64,000 bases of DNA from Octopus sinensis (lineage: Eukaryota): contig NC_043009.1 in assembly GCF_006345805.1 (NCBI RefSeq), forward strand, positions 47,678,001-47,742,000. The letters are read 5' to 3'. This document shows, in pieces, positions 40,253 through 52,719 of the stretch; positions within the stretch are counted from its first letter, which is position 1; the number at the start of each line of letters is the position of its first letter. A program made the translations under genes and the position numbers. Below the pieces are notes generated by a model. That model was not told the DNA's origin. It did no database searches and worked only from the letters and a program-made list of their open reading frames with translations.

Positions 40253-40943
40253 ATAAGAAAAGAAATGGAGCAACAATTAACAATTAGAAGTTGTATCAGT
40301 ATTACAAGGTCATACATAGTTTAATTGTAGTTCAAGAACATTTACAGCTGTTTCAGTTTGTTATATCGAAGTAAATTTGCATTTATCTCATACCATTTAA
40401 CAAACATTGTCAGAATAACTTAGAGTTTATCGGAGGAGTATAGATAAGAGTAAAAGAGAAATGACAAGAAAAAGAAGAAACGAGGAAAAAGTTTGTTAAG
40501 TCTTCAGGCTTACATTTTTCTGCCCTTTTGGGTTCCACATGTGTGTACATTTCTTCAATTAAATGAATGGAGCAATAAGTGGGAAAAATGACAAGTTGAC
40601 CGGCGGTATTAGTCGAAGGAGTTATACCAGGTAGTAATATCCTGTGTTGTTAATTGTAATATATAACCCTGTTTGTGACCACTAGATAAGACAAAATGAT
40701 TACAAATAATGCCCTTCTTTTTTCCTTTTTCTTTTATTTCCCTTTTTCTCCAATCTATACTCCTCTGATAAACTCTAAATCATTCTGACAATGTTTGTTA
40801 AATGGAATGAGGTAAATGCAAATTTACTTCTAAATAATGAACTGAAACAGCTGTAAATGTTCTTGAACTACAATTAAACTATGACCTTTTAATACCAATG
40901 ATCAACTTCTAATTGTTAATTGTTGCTCCATTTCTTTTCTTAT
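40253..40943. mobile_element. Fold-back element with ~200-bp inverted arms, each containing a decayed hammerhead motif (Penelope-like inverted pLTR)
   Basis: 40253-40456 is the reverse complement of 40745-40943; CATT-CTGACAA-T-GTTTGTTA..TAACAAAC-T-GAAA-CAGCTG-TA-AATG (composite of both arms); (TA)n on both sides. Confidence 0.7.
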
Positions 40944-42332
40944 TTGTATATATATATATACATATACATATATATATATATATATATAATAATGATAATA
41001 ATAATATGAGGGAATGTTATTTCAAACTTACAGGGAAAAATTCAATTTATATATATATATATATATATACACATACATATGTGTATGTATGCATGTATGT
41101 ATGTATGTATGCATGTATCTATATATATATATATATATATATATTAATTAGAGACAAAACCACTATTTTGCAAAACAAACAAGGAAAGACTTAATCAATA
41201 CATAAAATTTTAATAAAAAGTAAAAAATAAAAAGTAAAAAAAAGTAAAAAAAAGTATATATATATATAAATATATATCTATATATATATAAATATATATG
41301 TATATATATATACATAAATATATATCTATATATATATAAATATATATGTATGTATATATACATAAATATATATGTATGTATTTATATATATATATATATA
41401 CATATGTGTGTGTGTATTTGTACCTATATTTGACTCCCACCAACTGTTTTACAACTAGTGTTGGTTTATTTACATTCCTGTAACTTAGCAGTTCGGCAAA
41501 AGAGACTGATAGAATAAGTACCAAGCATTAAACATAAATAGTGGTGTTGATATGTTCATTCAACTAAAACCTTTAAAAGTGGTGGTGGCCCAGCATGGCT
41601 GCAGTCCAATGACTTGAAACAAGTACAAAAGATAAAAAGATACTGAATCAAGCATTGCCAGAGAAATTGATTTTGATAGAGTTGTGAGAAGTTTTTCAGA
41701 AAAAATAAACTCCAAAAACAAACAAACTAACAAGCAAAAAGCCTAAAAGCCAGTAAATCTCATTTCATTAGTTGATTAAGTTTGTTGCTGTTTTGTATGA
41801 CTTACGTTGTTATCTACTCATTGTGGTGTCCAGGGAATACAGTATTTACAAAAGTTAACCAGTGGTCATATTTAGATAGCTTGAGATTAGCCATTAAGTT
41901 CAATTATGCTTTTATAATCATCTACCGAAAGCTGTTTTTGTTCATATTTTGATGCCTTTTATCTTTTTATCTTTTACGTGTTTCAGTCATTGGACTGCAG
42001 CCACAATGGGGTACTGCTATGAAGAGTGTACTCAAACAAATTGATCCCCAGTACTTATATATATATATTTTAAAAATCTGGTAATTATTTTAGCAGGCTC
42101 TTTTGCCAAACTGCTAAGTTACTGGGACATAAACAAACCAATACCAGTAGGGGACAAACACAACACAAAGCCACAGCTGTTTGAAGTTTGCCCTGTTTTT
42201 ATAGGGAGTTCATGGCTCAAACTAGTATATGTTTTGAATAGATTTGATTGGTAGAGGATAGTCACATGACTGGTCTTAGAAATTTTTGTAGGTTTCCCAC
42301 TATGCCTGTGTGCCAGTATCAAGTGACTGTTT

Positions 42333-42563
42333 GGCGACGAGCTGGCAGAAACATTAGCACGCTGGGTAAAATGCGTAGCCGTATTTCGTCTGCCGTTACA
42401 TTCTGGGTTTAAATTCCGCCGAGGTCGACTTTGCCTTTCATCCTTTCGGGGTCGATAAATTAAGTACCAGTTACGCACTGGGGTCGATGTAATCGACTTT
42501 ATCCCTTTGTCTGTCCTTGTTTGTCCCTTCTATGTTTAGCCCCTTGAGGGCAATAAAGAAATA
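42333..42563 (+). mobile_element. SINE family B
   Basis: Full-length consensus, located inside a split minus-strand SINE A (41965-42955). Confidence 0.9.
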
Positions 42564-43149
42564 CATACATTAAGGCTGACACAGTTGACTGAACAAGTCC
42601 AAACAATCAATGTTCTGAATGTTTTCTGTCAAGTGTTTGTAGAGAAGAAACACATGGTTGAGTTTATGAACTTTTGTATGTTTCCCACTATGTCCTGTCC
42701 ATGTGTTAGTGTCACGTGACAGTATATTTTGCACCTAAAAAGAAGGCTGACACGCTTGAGTGAATATGTTTGGTTATAATAAAGGCACACACAGACACAC
42801 AATCTTCCTCACTGTTTCCATCTACTATATTCAGAAAGCATTGGTTGACCCAAGGCTATAGTAGGAACAGATTCTTTTCCAGGGAGCTATGCAGTGGGAC
42901 CAAACCTGAAAACATGTGGTTTCAAAGTGACCTTCTTAACCACACAGCCATGCAAGTACTTATACAATCATATTTTTCAACAAAGAAGGGAAAACTGCTA
43001 CATTAAATTTTCATATTATATACCATTATCTTTATACAAAAGATTTAATTGAAGATTTCTCCTCTGGGCTCAAATGAAGTCTTGTTCCATTTTGTAAAAT
43101 ATCTTTCCCCGAAGACTTGTACCGCTTTCACACACACAAGCAGAATATA

Positions 43150-43580
43150 GTCTGATACAAACAGAGAACTACTATAAAGTAGCAACAGTGGGATTGAGAA
43201 ATTCTTAGAAGCCAGGAGAAGGAAACTGATTAGTGCAACAAAGAAAAAAAAAAAAAAAAGAAAGGAAAAAGAAAATGTTTTACTCAATATATAAGGAAAG
43301 AATAAAGAAATAAAAAGCTAGAAACTTACTATACACTGCAGAAAAAAATTACAAGAACAAAGAGAGAAAAAAATGGATTTCCAAAATATACTTAAGAAAA
43401 TCAGAGAGAAAAACTATTCCATGACTAATACGCTACAAAATTCAACAGAGGGTAAGTAAACAAGAGTAAAATCCTACAGTGGCTCAAAAGTTCTGGGTTA
43501 AAATCAGAAACAAATTTGATTGTAGCAAATACTCAGGATCAATAATACCTAGCCACAAATAATTATTTATGCATAAAATC
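43150..43580 (+). pseudogene. R4/Dong-like non-LTR retrotransposon remnant
   Basis: QWLKSSGLKSETNLIVANTQDQ..ATNNY resembles the WL..G.LK.ETEG...AAQDQ...T.NY motif after the RT of R4/Dong elements. Confidence 0.55.
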
Positions 43581-43724
43581 ATTGGTTTTTTTTTTTTTTT
43601 TAACATCAATTTTTCCAAGCTTGGATAGATTGGATGGAATTTGTTGTGGAAGATTTTCTACAGTTGGATGCCCTTCTTGTTACTAAATCTCACCTGTTTC
43701 CAACCAAGGTAATATTTTATCCCG

Positions 43725-44142
43725 AGGCGGCGAACTGGCAGAATTGTTAGCATGCCGGGCAAAATGCTTAGTGGTATTTTGTTTGCCATTACGTTCTGAG
43801 TTCAAATCCCACTGAGGTTCACTTTGCCTTTCATCTTTCCGGGGTCGGTAAATTAAGTACCAGTTATGCACTGGGGTCGATATAATCGACTTAATCTGTT
43901 TGTCTATCCTTGTTTGTCCTCTCTGTGTTTAGCCCCTTTTGGGTAGTAAAGAAATAGGTATTTCGTCAGCCATTACATTTTCTGAGTTCAAATTCCGCCA
44001 AGGTCGACTTTGCCTTTCATCCTTTCGGGGTTGATTAAATAAGTACCAGTTACGCACTGGGGTCGATATAATCGACTTAATCCATTTGTCTGTCCTTGTT
44101 TGTCCTCTCTGTGTTTAGCCCCTTGTGGGTAGTAAAGAAATA
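43725..44142 (+). mobile_element. SINE B dimer (full unit plus a second unit starting at GGTATTTCG)
   Basis: Junction at 43957; whole dimer flanked by imperfect TSD AGGTAAyATTTT..CCCG. Confidence 0.88.
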
Positions 44143-44780
44143 GGTAACATTTTCCCCCGTGGTCAGACATATTTTCACTGGAGACTAAAAATAAAGGACA
44201 CAGCTTGCATCACAGTGACACTTGCTAACAACCACCACATGATGCCAAGGCAAAGAGACAATAATACAACACCTACACACACACATGCACATACACCCAA
44301 GTGCACATACACCCAAGTGCACACACACACACACATATGGAGAAGGGAAAATTTCATCCACTTCCATCTTTTCACTATCAAAGGTACATAATTTTGCTCT
44401 TTGCCCTCTTCTGGACTATCAATTGTGGGTAACGAAATACTGTTTGGTTTTACAACATTATCCCACCAACAGTTCTTTTCCTTGTAATGGTGGTGCATCT
44501 AAGAATTCCATCTGTCCTGTATTGAGGGAAGGTTAGCTGCTATATGAATGATGCACAGTATTTGAAATCACGAAAGAAGTGCTAATGCACTTGTTGTCAT
44601 TACAGTAGCTGTCTTCCAAATGACTTCCTTGATTATGAGTCATTTTCTTCCAATAATTGTTCACTAAACTGTTCACTTTTGTTTTCCTCTTGTGCATTCA
44701 GTCATGTGTTTTGTCTGTGTTTTTTTTTGAGGGGGGGTGTCGTTTTTTTGTTTCTTTTTGACCATTGTAGTGTTTAGTCA

Positions 44781-45180
44781 CCAATGGAAAAGTTCTTAAG
44801 CAGATCAGGCTGAAAATGTCGCTAGAAGCTAGGATCACCAAGCATAGATTGGCTGACATATTTCGGTCATATTATGCGGAGAAAATCCCTGGAGAAGGAC
44901 ATCATGCTCGGAATGGTCAGATTGGCTATGTCCATTCCGGTATCACTCTTGATGGTGTCAAGCCAGCGGGTTTTTGGTCGGCCTCTTCCTCTCTTGCCAC
45001 TGACCATCCCAAGCATGGAGGCTGACCAAGAACCCGCTGGCTTGACACCATCAAGAGTGATACCGGAATGGACATAGCCAATCTGAAAGAAGCGACCCAG
45101 GATAAAACTGACTGGAGGACACTGATCCAACGAGTAACCAAGAGTCGACTCCGACTGAGCGGATAAATGGATAGATGGAA
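44781..45180 (+). mobile_element. 5'-truncated RTE (BovB-like) LINE 3' end with internal inverted duplication
   Basis: SLEARITKHRL..FGHIMRRKSLEKDIMLGMV / SGKRGRGRPKTRWLDTIK..DWRTLIQRVTKSRLRL; TSD TGTTTAGTCA (44771-44780 / 45181-45190). Confidence 0.9.
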
Positions 45181-45391
45181 TGTTTAGTCATTTAGCATAA
45201 CTTATGTCGTCGAGATTTGGGATGTGAAAAAGTAATATATGTAAATAACAACACAGTCATGCTTGCACTTTTCTGATTCTAGAAACTCTTATAAAAGAAG
45301 CTTGGTTTTGCACAGGAGAAGGAGAATAGTGATCATCAGAAACACAAATGAAAGCCATATGAGAAATACCACTCACTCCGCTATTCTTCTA

Positions 45392-45782
45392 TTCTTTTAT
45401 TTGTTTCAGTCATTTGGCTGTGACCATGCTGGAGCACTGCATTTAGTCAAACAAATTGGCGCCAGGACTTATTCTTTGTAAGCCTAGTACTTATTCTATG
45501 TGTGTCTTTTGCTGAACTGCTAAGTTATGAAGACATAAACACACCATTGGCTGTCAAGCAATGGTGTGGGGACAAACACATACACACAAACATATACACA
45601 CATATATATACATATATGACGAGCTTCTTTCAGTTTCTGTCTACCAAATCCACTCACAAGGCTTTGGTCGGCCCGAGGCTATAGTAGAAGATACTTGCCA
45701 AGGTGCCACACAGTGGGACTGAAACCGGAACCATGTGGTTGGTAAGCAAGCTACTTACCACACAGTCACTCCTGCACCTATA
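45392..45782 (-). mobile_element. SINE family A, full length
   Basis: Reverse complement of consensus. Confidence 0.9.
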
Positions 45783-46104
45783 TGTATGGTTATAGTTCTT
45801 ACGCAAACCTGAAACTTAAGTAAGTTCAAGTCAAGAAGGGAATCTCAAACTGGTTGCTCAGTCAAATTCTTCATCACCAATATCAATATTAGCTTTATAT
45901 CTTTTACCTTTATGTTTTACTCATTTCAGTCATTGGAAAGTGGTCATGCTGCAGCATCACCTTGAAGGGTTCAGTCAAACAAATTGACCCCAGTCTCCTA
46001 CTTATCCTATTGGTTTCTTTCCATGAACTTGTAAGTTACTGGGATGTAAACCAATCAATACCAGTTGTCAAGTGGTAGCAGACAGGACAAACTGAAACAC
46101 AAAG

Positions 46105-46135
<31 letters not shown>

Positions 46136-46167
46136 CATACACACACACATATGCATATATCCATGGA

Positions 46168-46198
<31 letters not shown>

Positions 46199-46229
46199 AT
46201 TTATCCTACATTATATTCCTTTCTTTTCT

Positions 46230-46433
46230 TCTCTAAGAATAAGGCCTGAAATTTTGGTGGTGGGGGCCAGTCGATTAGATCGACCCCAGTATGCATGGTA
46301 CTTAATTTATTGACTCCAAAAGGATGAAAGGCAAAGTCAACCTCAGTGGAATTTGATCTCAGAACGTAAAGCCAGACAAAACACCACTAAGTATTTCACC
46401 TGGTGTGCTAACGTTTCTGCCAGCTCACCGCCT
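46230..46433 (-). mobile_element. Older SINE B-related copy with alternative 3' end
   Basis: Shared head and central domain; AGGCCTGAAATTT end also at 17555 and 56580. Confidence 0.8.
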
Positions 46434-46517
46434 TCTATCAGCTCACCTACATTATATTGGCACAGCTTGGTGCAACCCCCAAGAAACTGCTATTGCCAGT
46501 TGGTATCATTAGACAGT

Positions 46518-46750
46518 AGGCGGTGAGCTGGCAGAAACATTAGCACGCCGGGCGAAATGCTTTGTGGTATTTCGTCCGCCGCTGCGTTTTGAGTACAAAT
46601 TCCGCTGAGGTTGACTTTACCTTTCATCCTTTCGGGGTCGATAAATTAAGTACCAGTTACGCACTTCGGTCGATATAATCGACTTAATCCGTTTGTCTGT
46701 CATTGTTTGTCCTCTCTGTGTTTAGCCCCTTGTGGGTAGTAAAGAAATAG
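46518..46750 (+). mobile_element. SINE family B
   Basis: Full length; TSD GGTATCATTAGACwGTAG (from 46502 / from 46750). Confidence 0.92.
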
Positions 46751-47584
46751 GTATCATTAGACTGTAGCTGGCATAATAAAATAGGTGTTTTTACATACAT
46801 ACATACGTACATACATACATACATACATACATACATACAACATACATACATACAACATACATACATACATACATACATATACACACACACATACAACAAG
46901 CTTCCACACAGTTCCCAGTTACCAAATTCATGCACAAGGCATTGATCAATATGGGGCCAGAGTAGAAAACACTTGCCCAAGGTGTCACAAGGTGGAACTG
47001 AACTTGGAACTATATGGATGCAAAACAATCTTCTTAACCACACACCCATGCCTGCATCCATATACAAAAAAAAATAAAAGGAAGGAGCATATTGCATGAT
47101 ATAGTCCTAGACATACTTGAAAAAGGAAAATGTCATTTGACTGGCTTTGATCATAGTTCTGCTCAATCAGGGCTGATCTGAGGTTAGAGAACAAAAGCAG
47201 GAAAGGTCAATGATAAATGGTAGCTCCATATTTCAGAACCAGTGATCAACCTTTCAATATGGCTGAACAGTTTGACATTGAACTATTGATTGATTGATGA
47301 TCTATAGGTTTAAACCCTAATACAAACAAACATTGCAACACACCATGACATTATTCATCTCTGTCTGTTGATCTTTAGAAGGAGACTATTGTCATCACCA
47401 TCATCATCATGTTCACTGCTTATAACCACCACCACCAACAACAACAATATCCATAACCCATCATCATCATCATCATCATCATCATTCTCACCAGCGCCAA
47501 CACCTACACCACTATGCGCTATAAAAGCACATGGTGAAGGATCATTGACAGGGAAAGGAGACAAGAAGTGTGGAGAAGCTAGAT

Positions 47585-47843
47585 CAGTGGTTCTCAACCA
47601 TTTTTTTTACCTATGGATCCCTGTGATTCCTGTTTTACTCTGGTGGGCCCTCCTAATAATTCAATGTTAAAAAAAATCTTATTATATTTTTATAATTAAA
47701 TATTATTAGGAACTGTTTAAAAATAATTATCAAAACATTTTGTGTCTAGTAAAAGTACAACCAATTTATTGGAGATAAATTTGAACAACAAAAGTCTTAT
47801 ATGGACCCTTAAGGGCCATATTGACCACAGATAAGAACCACTG
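47585..47843. mobile_element. hAT/Charlie-type MITE
   Basis: TIRs CAGTGGTTCT / AGAACCACTG; 8-bp TSD AGCTAGAT / AGCTAGAA. Confidence 0.88.
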
Positions 47844-47949
47844 AGCTAGAATGAAACCAAAACAGCTGTAGAAAACTGATGGTTGGAGAGATCATACTGC
47901 AGCCTTATGTGCCTCGTAGCTCAGAAAGAACTAACTAATTATAGTTGTA

Positions 47950-48262
47950 ATGGGTAAAGACCCCCTTTGGTCAGGAATGACCAAGGGATTGCACCTAGAA
48001 AGTTACCCTCCAAGGCACAAGTCCAAGCAAGGTTGCTTGTGGAAGACCAGCAGTCCAGTTTCCCCTCTCCATGCCACTAATGTTATCAAAGGGAAAGGCA
48101 AAGGCCGATCAGTGACGTCGCAACTCATTTCTACAGTTCAGTGAACTGGAGCAACATGAAATAAGGTGTCTTGCTCAAGAACACAACACACAGCCCAGTT
48201 CTGAAATCGAACTCATAACCTCATTGTTGTGAGCCTGACACCCTAACCATTGAGCCATGTGT
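47950..48262 (-). mobile_element. SINE family C variant
   Basis: Reverse complement of 34744-35090. Confidence 0.8.
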
Positions 48263-49172
48263 CCATAGTTGAAGATACCTAAGATATCACAACATGGTTA
48301 AAACATAGGACTTCATGATGGCAAAGTAAATTTCCTAACCACACAGCTATGCCTGTTTGAACATATATAAAACACTCTAATAAATATAGAGTATGCTATG
48401 ATATTTTTAATCATAATACAGAAAAGAGCTATTTGGAAAACACTCACAACAACAGACACTCACATACATATACAGGATGCTCTACAACACTTTAATCATA
48501 TCACAAAGTAGCAACTTACAACAGATAGTTGAATTTAGTGCTATTACTTATGGTTTGTTATTACATTTGAAAATGAATATTAACTGTTTCTATATTTCTT
48601 ATTATTATGTCTGGACATCAACTGCTCTCTGTTAGGAGTTTATTGTTCAACAACTAATTCGTTTGTTCTAACCGTTATAAAGGCAAGTGCACTTTAAACG
48701 AATACCATTTGATGTCTACACATTCTTTTAGTAAATGGGTTCTGCCAATCAGTGAAGATTTTTTTCATAAGTACAATCTTCATTGTGAGCGGAATTGCTG
48801 CAAGGTGTACAAATAAACTAGAATAGAAGAAAAGAACTTATGTCTTCCAGTAATTTGGCTAAGAAAGAAGTACCGACAGACTCTTCCACAATGAGAAGTA
48901 ACGGGATAAAAGAGCAATTAATACATTTATTACCGTTATCATTGTTCTATGTATTGTTAGCATTCACTGTAAACAATGTTACTACCATCATCATCACCAT
49001 CACCATCATCATCATCATATCATCACAGATGTTTGAGTATATTTAGTAATAGCGTTAATAGTAAAGTGTACAATAATATTATTCAGTGTAACATTATTCA
49101 CGAGCAGGTAACTATCTATGATATTAGCAACATCACATTCCATGAAATGAACGTAGATTGTTATATAATGAC

Positions 49173-49270
49173 TTATTTTTGTGATTTATGCTTCAACGAA
49201 CGCACAGCCATTAGAAACTGCAAAACCATCAACTGTATGATCAGATTTATTATAGAGGACTTGTGGAAAC
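49173..49270 (-). CDS. Possible terminal coding exon of an unidentified host gene
   Basis: Acceptor TTTCACTCAATCAG|G; two frames stay open ~30 codons (GFHKSSIINLIIQLMVLQFLMAVRSLKHKSQK* or FPQVLYNKSDHTVDGFAVSNGCAFVEA*); followed by unique TE-free sequence with minus-strand AATAAA. No homology recognised. Confidence 0.2.
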
Positions 49271-49354
49271 CTGATTGAGTGAAACCCCTTAAATATTGGA
49301 AACTTGGTGAATTCAGTTGTTTCAATATTTGGTTAGACTTCTATCGTCACCCAA

Positions 49355-49785
49355 CAGGCATGGCTGTGTGGTAAGAAGCTTGCTTCTCAACCACATAGTT
49401 CTGGGTTCAGTCTCACTGCGTGACACCTGGTGCAGGTGACACCTTGAGCAAGTGTCTTTATCTATAGCTTTGGACTGACCAAAGACTTTTGAGGGGATTT
49501 GGTAGATGGAAATTGAAAGAAGACTCTCGTATGTGTGTGTGTGTGTATTTATGTATGTGTGTCTTTTGTCTGTGATTGTCCCCCACCCACAATCACTTGA
49601 CAATTGATGGTGGTGTGTTTATGTCCCCATAACTTAGCAGTTCAGCAAAAGAGACTGATAGAATAAATACTAGGTTTACTATGGATAAGTCCTGGAGTCG
49701 ATTTCTTCGACTAAAACCCTTTAAGGCAGTGCTCCAGTATGGCTGCAGTCAAAAGACTGAAACATGTAAAATAAAAGGAGAATAA
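49355..49785 (+). mobile_element. SINE family A, full length
   Basis: Consensus head, body and tail. Confidence 0.9.
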
Positions 49786-50184
49786 ATCAATCAATCAAAC
49801 TCCAAATTTTGTGTGGGGTGGGGACGGAGATGGGATTGTGGATGCACAACAAGAGATGCAACCTCTTCCTGCCATCTTCTGCAGTCATTCATTACCCAGC
49901 CTCGAATTTTCCTCCTATCTTCCTCCGTCTCTCTTCCTCTTCCTACAGCCCTTGTAAAATGTAGGAGAAAATAATTAAGTTACACACCAACTCTATCCAA
50001 GCCCACTCAACATGCCTTTTTCTTCATTCTCTCATCAATCCTCCAGTATCTCACATCACTGATTCTAAATTAAATACTTTTCCCAATAATTTCTTTCCAC
50101 AAATTGCAATCTGTAAGAATTCCTCTTCCTGCCCATAATTATTCTGTAAATGCTAACCTCTGGAACTTACCACCCAAATACTGA

Positions 50185-50627
50185 TTTCAAATTTTGACAC
50201 AAAGCCAATAATTTCAGGGGTGGGGTGGGGGTAAGTCTGATTACATTGACCCCCCCAGAGTTTAACTGGTACTTATTTTATCAATCCTAATAGGATGACA
50301 GGTAAAATTTGAACTCAGAATGTAAAGACAAACTGAATGCCTATTTCTTTATTACCCACAAGGGGCTAAACACAGAGGGGACAAACAAGGACAGACATAG
50401 GTATTAAGTCGATTACATCGACCCCAGTGTGTAACTGGTACTTAATTTATCGACCCCGAAAGGATGAAAGGCAAAGTCGACCACGGCGGAATTTGAACTC
50501 ACAACGTAACGCAGACGAAATACCGCTAAGCATTTCACCCGGCGTGCTAACATTTCTGCCAGCTCGCCGCTGCGAATACCACCTAAGCATTGCCTGGCAT
50601 GTTAACAATTTTGCTAGTTTGCTACCA
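50185..50627 (-). mobile_element. Young SINE B (50341-50570) nested in an old B-related copy
   Basis: Old copy interrupted at GAATGCC / GAATACC and resumes with CTAAGCAT. Confidence 0.85.
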
Positions 50628-51329
50628 TATACTACCCAAATACTGGTTTCAAATTTTAGCACCAGGCCAGCAATTTCGTGGAAGGAGTAAGTCAAATCAA
50701 CCCCAGTTTGGTTTGACATAAAGTCAATCTCAGGAGAATTTGAACTCATACTGTAAAGATGGACTAAATTCCCTCAAGCATTTTGCCCTTGCCAATTTAT
50801 ACTACCCAAGTATTAACATCATTGAACCCTCCAGTCTGTTAGGATCTACAAACATTATGAGTACTATCAGTTTTTTGGTAGCTACTTCATAAAAGTATAT
50901 GATTTGGAGTTTAGTTTAAGCATGATGATATCCAAGAAGTATACTCTTGTAAGGTTTCTCTCAACAATCAATCTCAGGTTAAGTATTTTATATGCTTTAC
51001 TTATTCATTTTTTCAGAGCTTCAGCCATGCATCTGCTCACAGTGTTTGAAATCATGAGGTACTCATCTCCCTACAGGTCCACTCAAATGTCATTAAAAGA
51101 GCTTGTCATTTTGTTCAGCAGGAACAAATCTATCAGTGTGTGTGTGCACACGCACGCAAACATGCAGGCATGCATGCATGTAAATACACACACAGAGAAA
51201 TACATGTGTATGAATATATCTTGGATTCAGTCCCACTGCAAGGAACTTTGGGCAAGTGTCTTCTACTAAAGCTCTGAGCTCACCCAACACTTGTGAGTGG
51301 ATTTAGAAGATGGAAACAGAAAGAAAACC

Positions 51330-51376
<47 letters not shown>

Positions 51377-51397
51377 TGTTTATACGTATGTATGTAC

Positions 51398-51567
51398 ATC
51401 ATCATCATCATCATCATCATCATCATTTAACGTCCGCTTTCCATGCTAGCATGGGTTGGACGGTTCAACTGGGGTCTGGGGAGCCCGAAAGCTGCACCAG
51501 TCCAGTCAGATCTGGCAGTGTTTCTACAGCTGGATGCCCTTCCTAACGCCAACCACTCCGAGAGTGT
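51398..51567 (-). mobile_element. Family D retroposon 3' end
   Basis: (CAT)n-TTAACGTCCGCTTTCCATGCTAGCATGGG..; flanked by TGTACAT. Confidence 0.85.
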
Positions 51568-52719
51568 ACATACATATATATATTCATTCATATATGAATA
51601 TATGTATGTATATATATCTAAGAATGGACAAATGAATATATGTGTGAGAGTGTGTGTGTGTGTGTGTGTGTTTATGTATACCCACCCAAATCTTGACATG
51701 ATGTGATGATTGTGAACAATGACATCCTTCACTGATACATATCAGCTATACACACTTACGCACACATGCACACACATACACACACATACACACATAAACA
51801 CACTCACACATCGGCATATACTAATTTAGTGATTTATATATAATTACACAACTTTGACTAAATAGGTAAAGCTTACAGACCATCCAAATAACTTTCAAGA
51901 CCTCTTAAACACTGGCACCAAAGCTATTAAGGAGGATCTCTGGTCACAGTCACTTATGTGTTGATAAAACAAAATAACATACATGAAACTGACAAATCTC
52001 ATATTTCAAATTCCTTGCAAATAATATAACAAAAACACATATATGACAATTAAAAAAAAAATCCTAACACAGAGTAACATTGAGAGAAAAGTACAAATAT
52101 AAGCAATCAAGCTAAAAATAGATGACAAAGAAGAATGTTCAGTCATGCATAAAACTTATGTAACTCTTAAGGACAGCAATGAAAAATTTCCTTTGTGGCC
52201 CTTTATGTAGACTTGTAGATGTATTATAAAGTGAACTGGGTATGATAAGTAAACATATTATAGAAAATAACCTAAAAATTAAACAAGCTGAAATTAAGTA
52301 TCATTGCAGTAATCATTAAGCAGTATGGTAAACAAAAGAATAACTTCACCAAATCTGACATGGAATTAAGGGCATCCAGCAGCAGAAACCATACCAAAAC
52401 AGACTGCAGACCTTAATGCAATCCTCTTGTCAGCTCCTTGTCAAACCACCCAATCCATGCCAATGTGGAATGTGGACATTACATGAAAATGATTATGATG
52501 ATGGTGGTGGTGGCAATGATGATTTTGCTCATCATAAAGCTCCTCTTCCAAAAATGTCCTTCATCATGTGTGCAAGTGGGGAACATAAAAATCACCACTA
52601 TTAGCAAGTAGCAAGACTAAAATGGATGCTGGGAAGTCACTTCTCTTTGATGATACCTTCTGGTTAATAACCCCCCCCCCAAAAAAAAAAATAAAAAAAA
52701 ACCAAAAAAAAAAAAGACC

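Noticed and set aside
49850-50170. Possible very old LINE 3' fragment on the minus strand
   Set aside because: Too decayed to assign by eye
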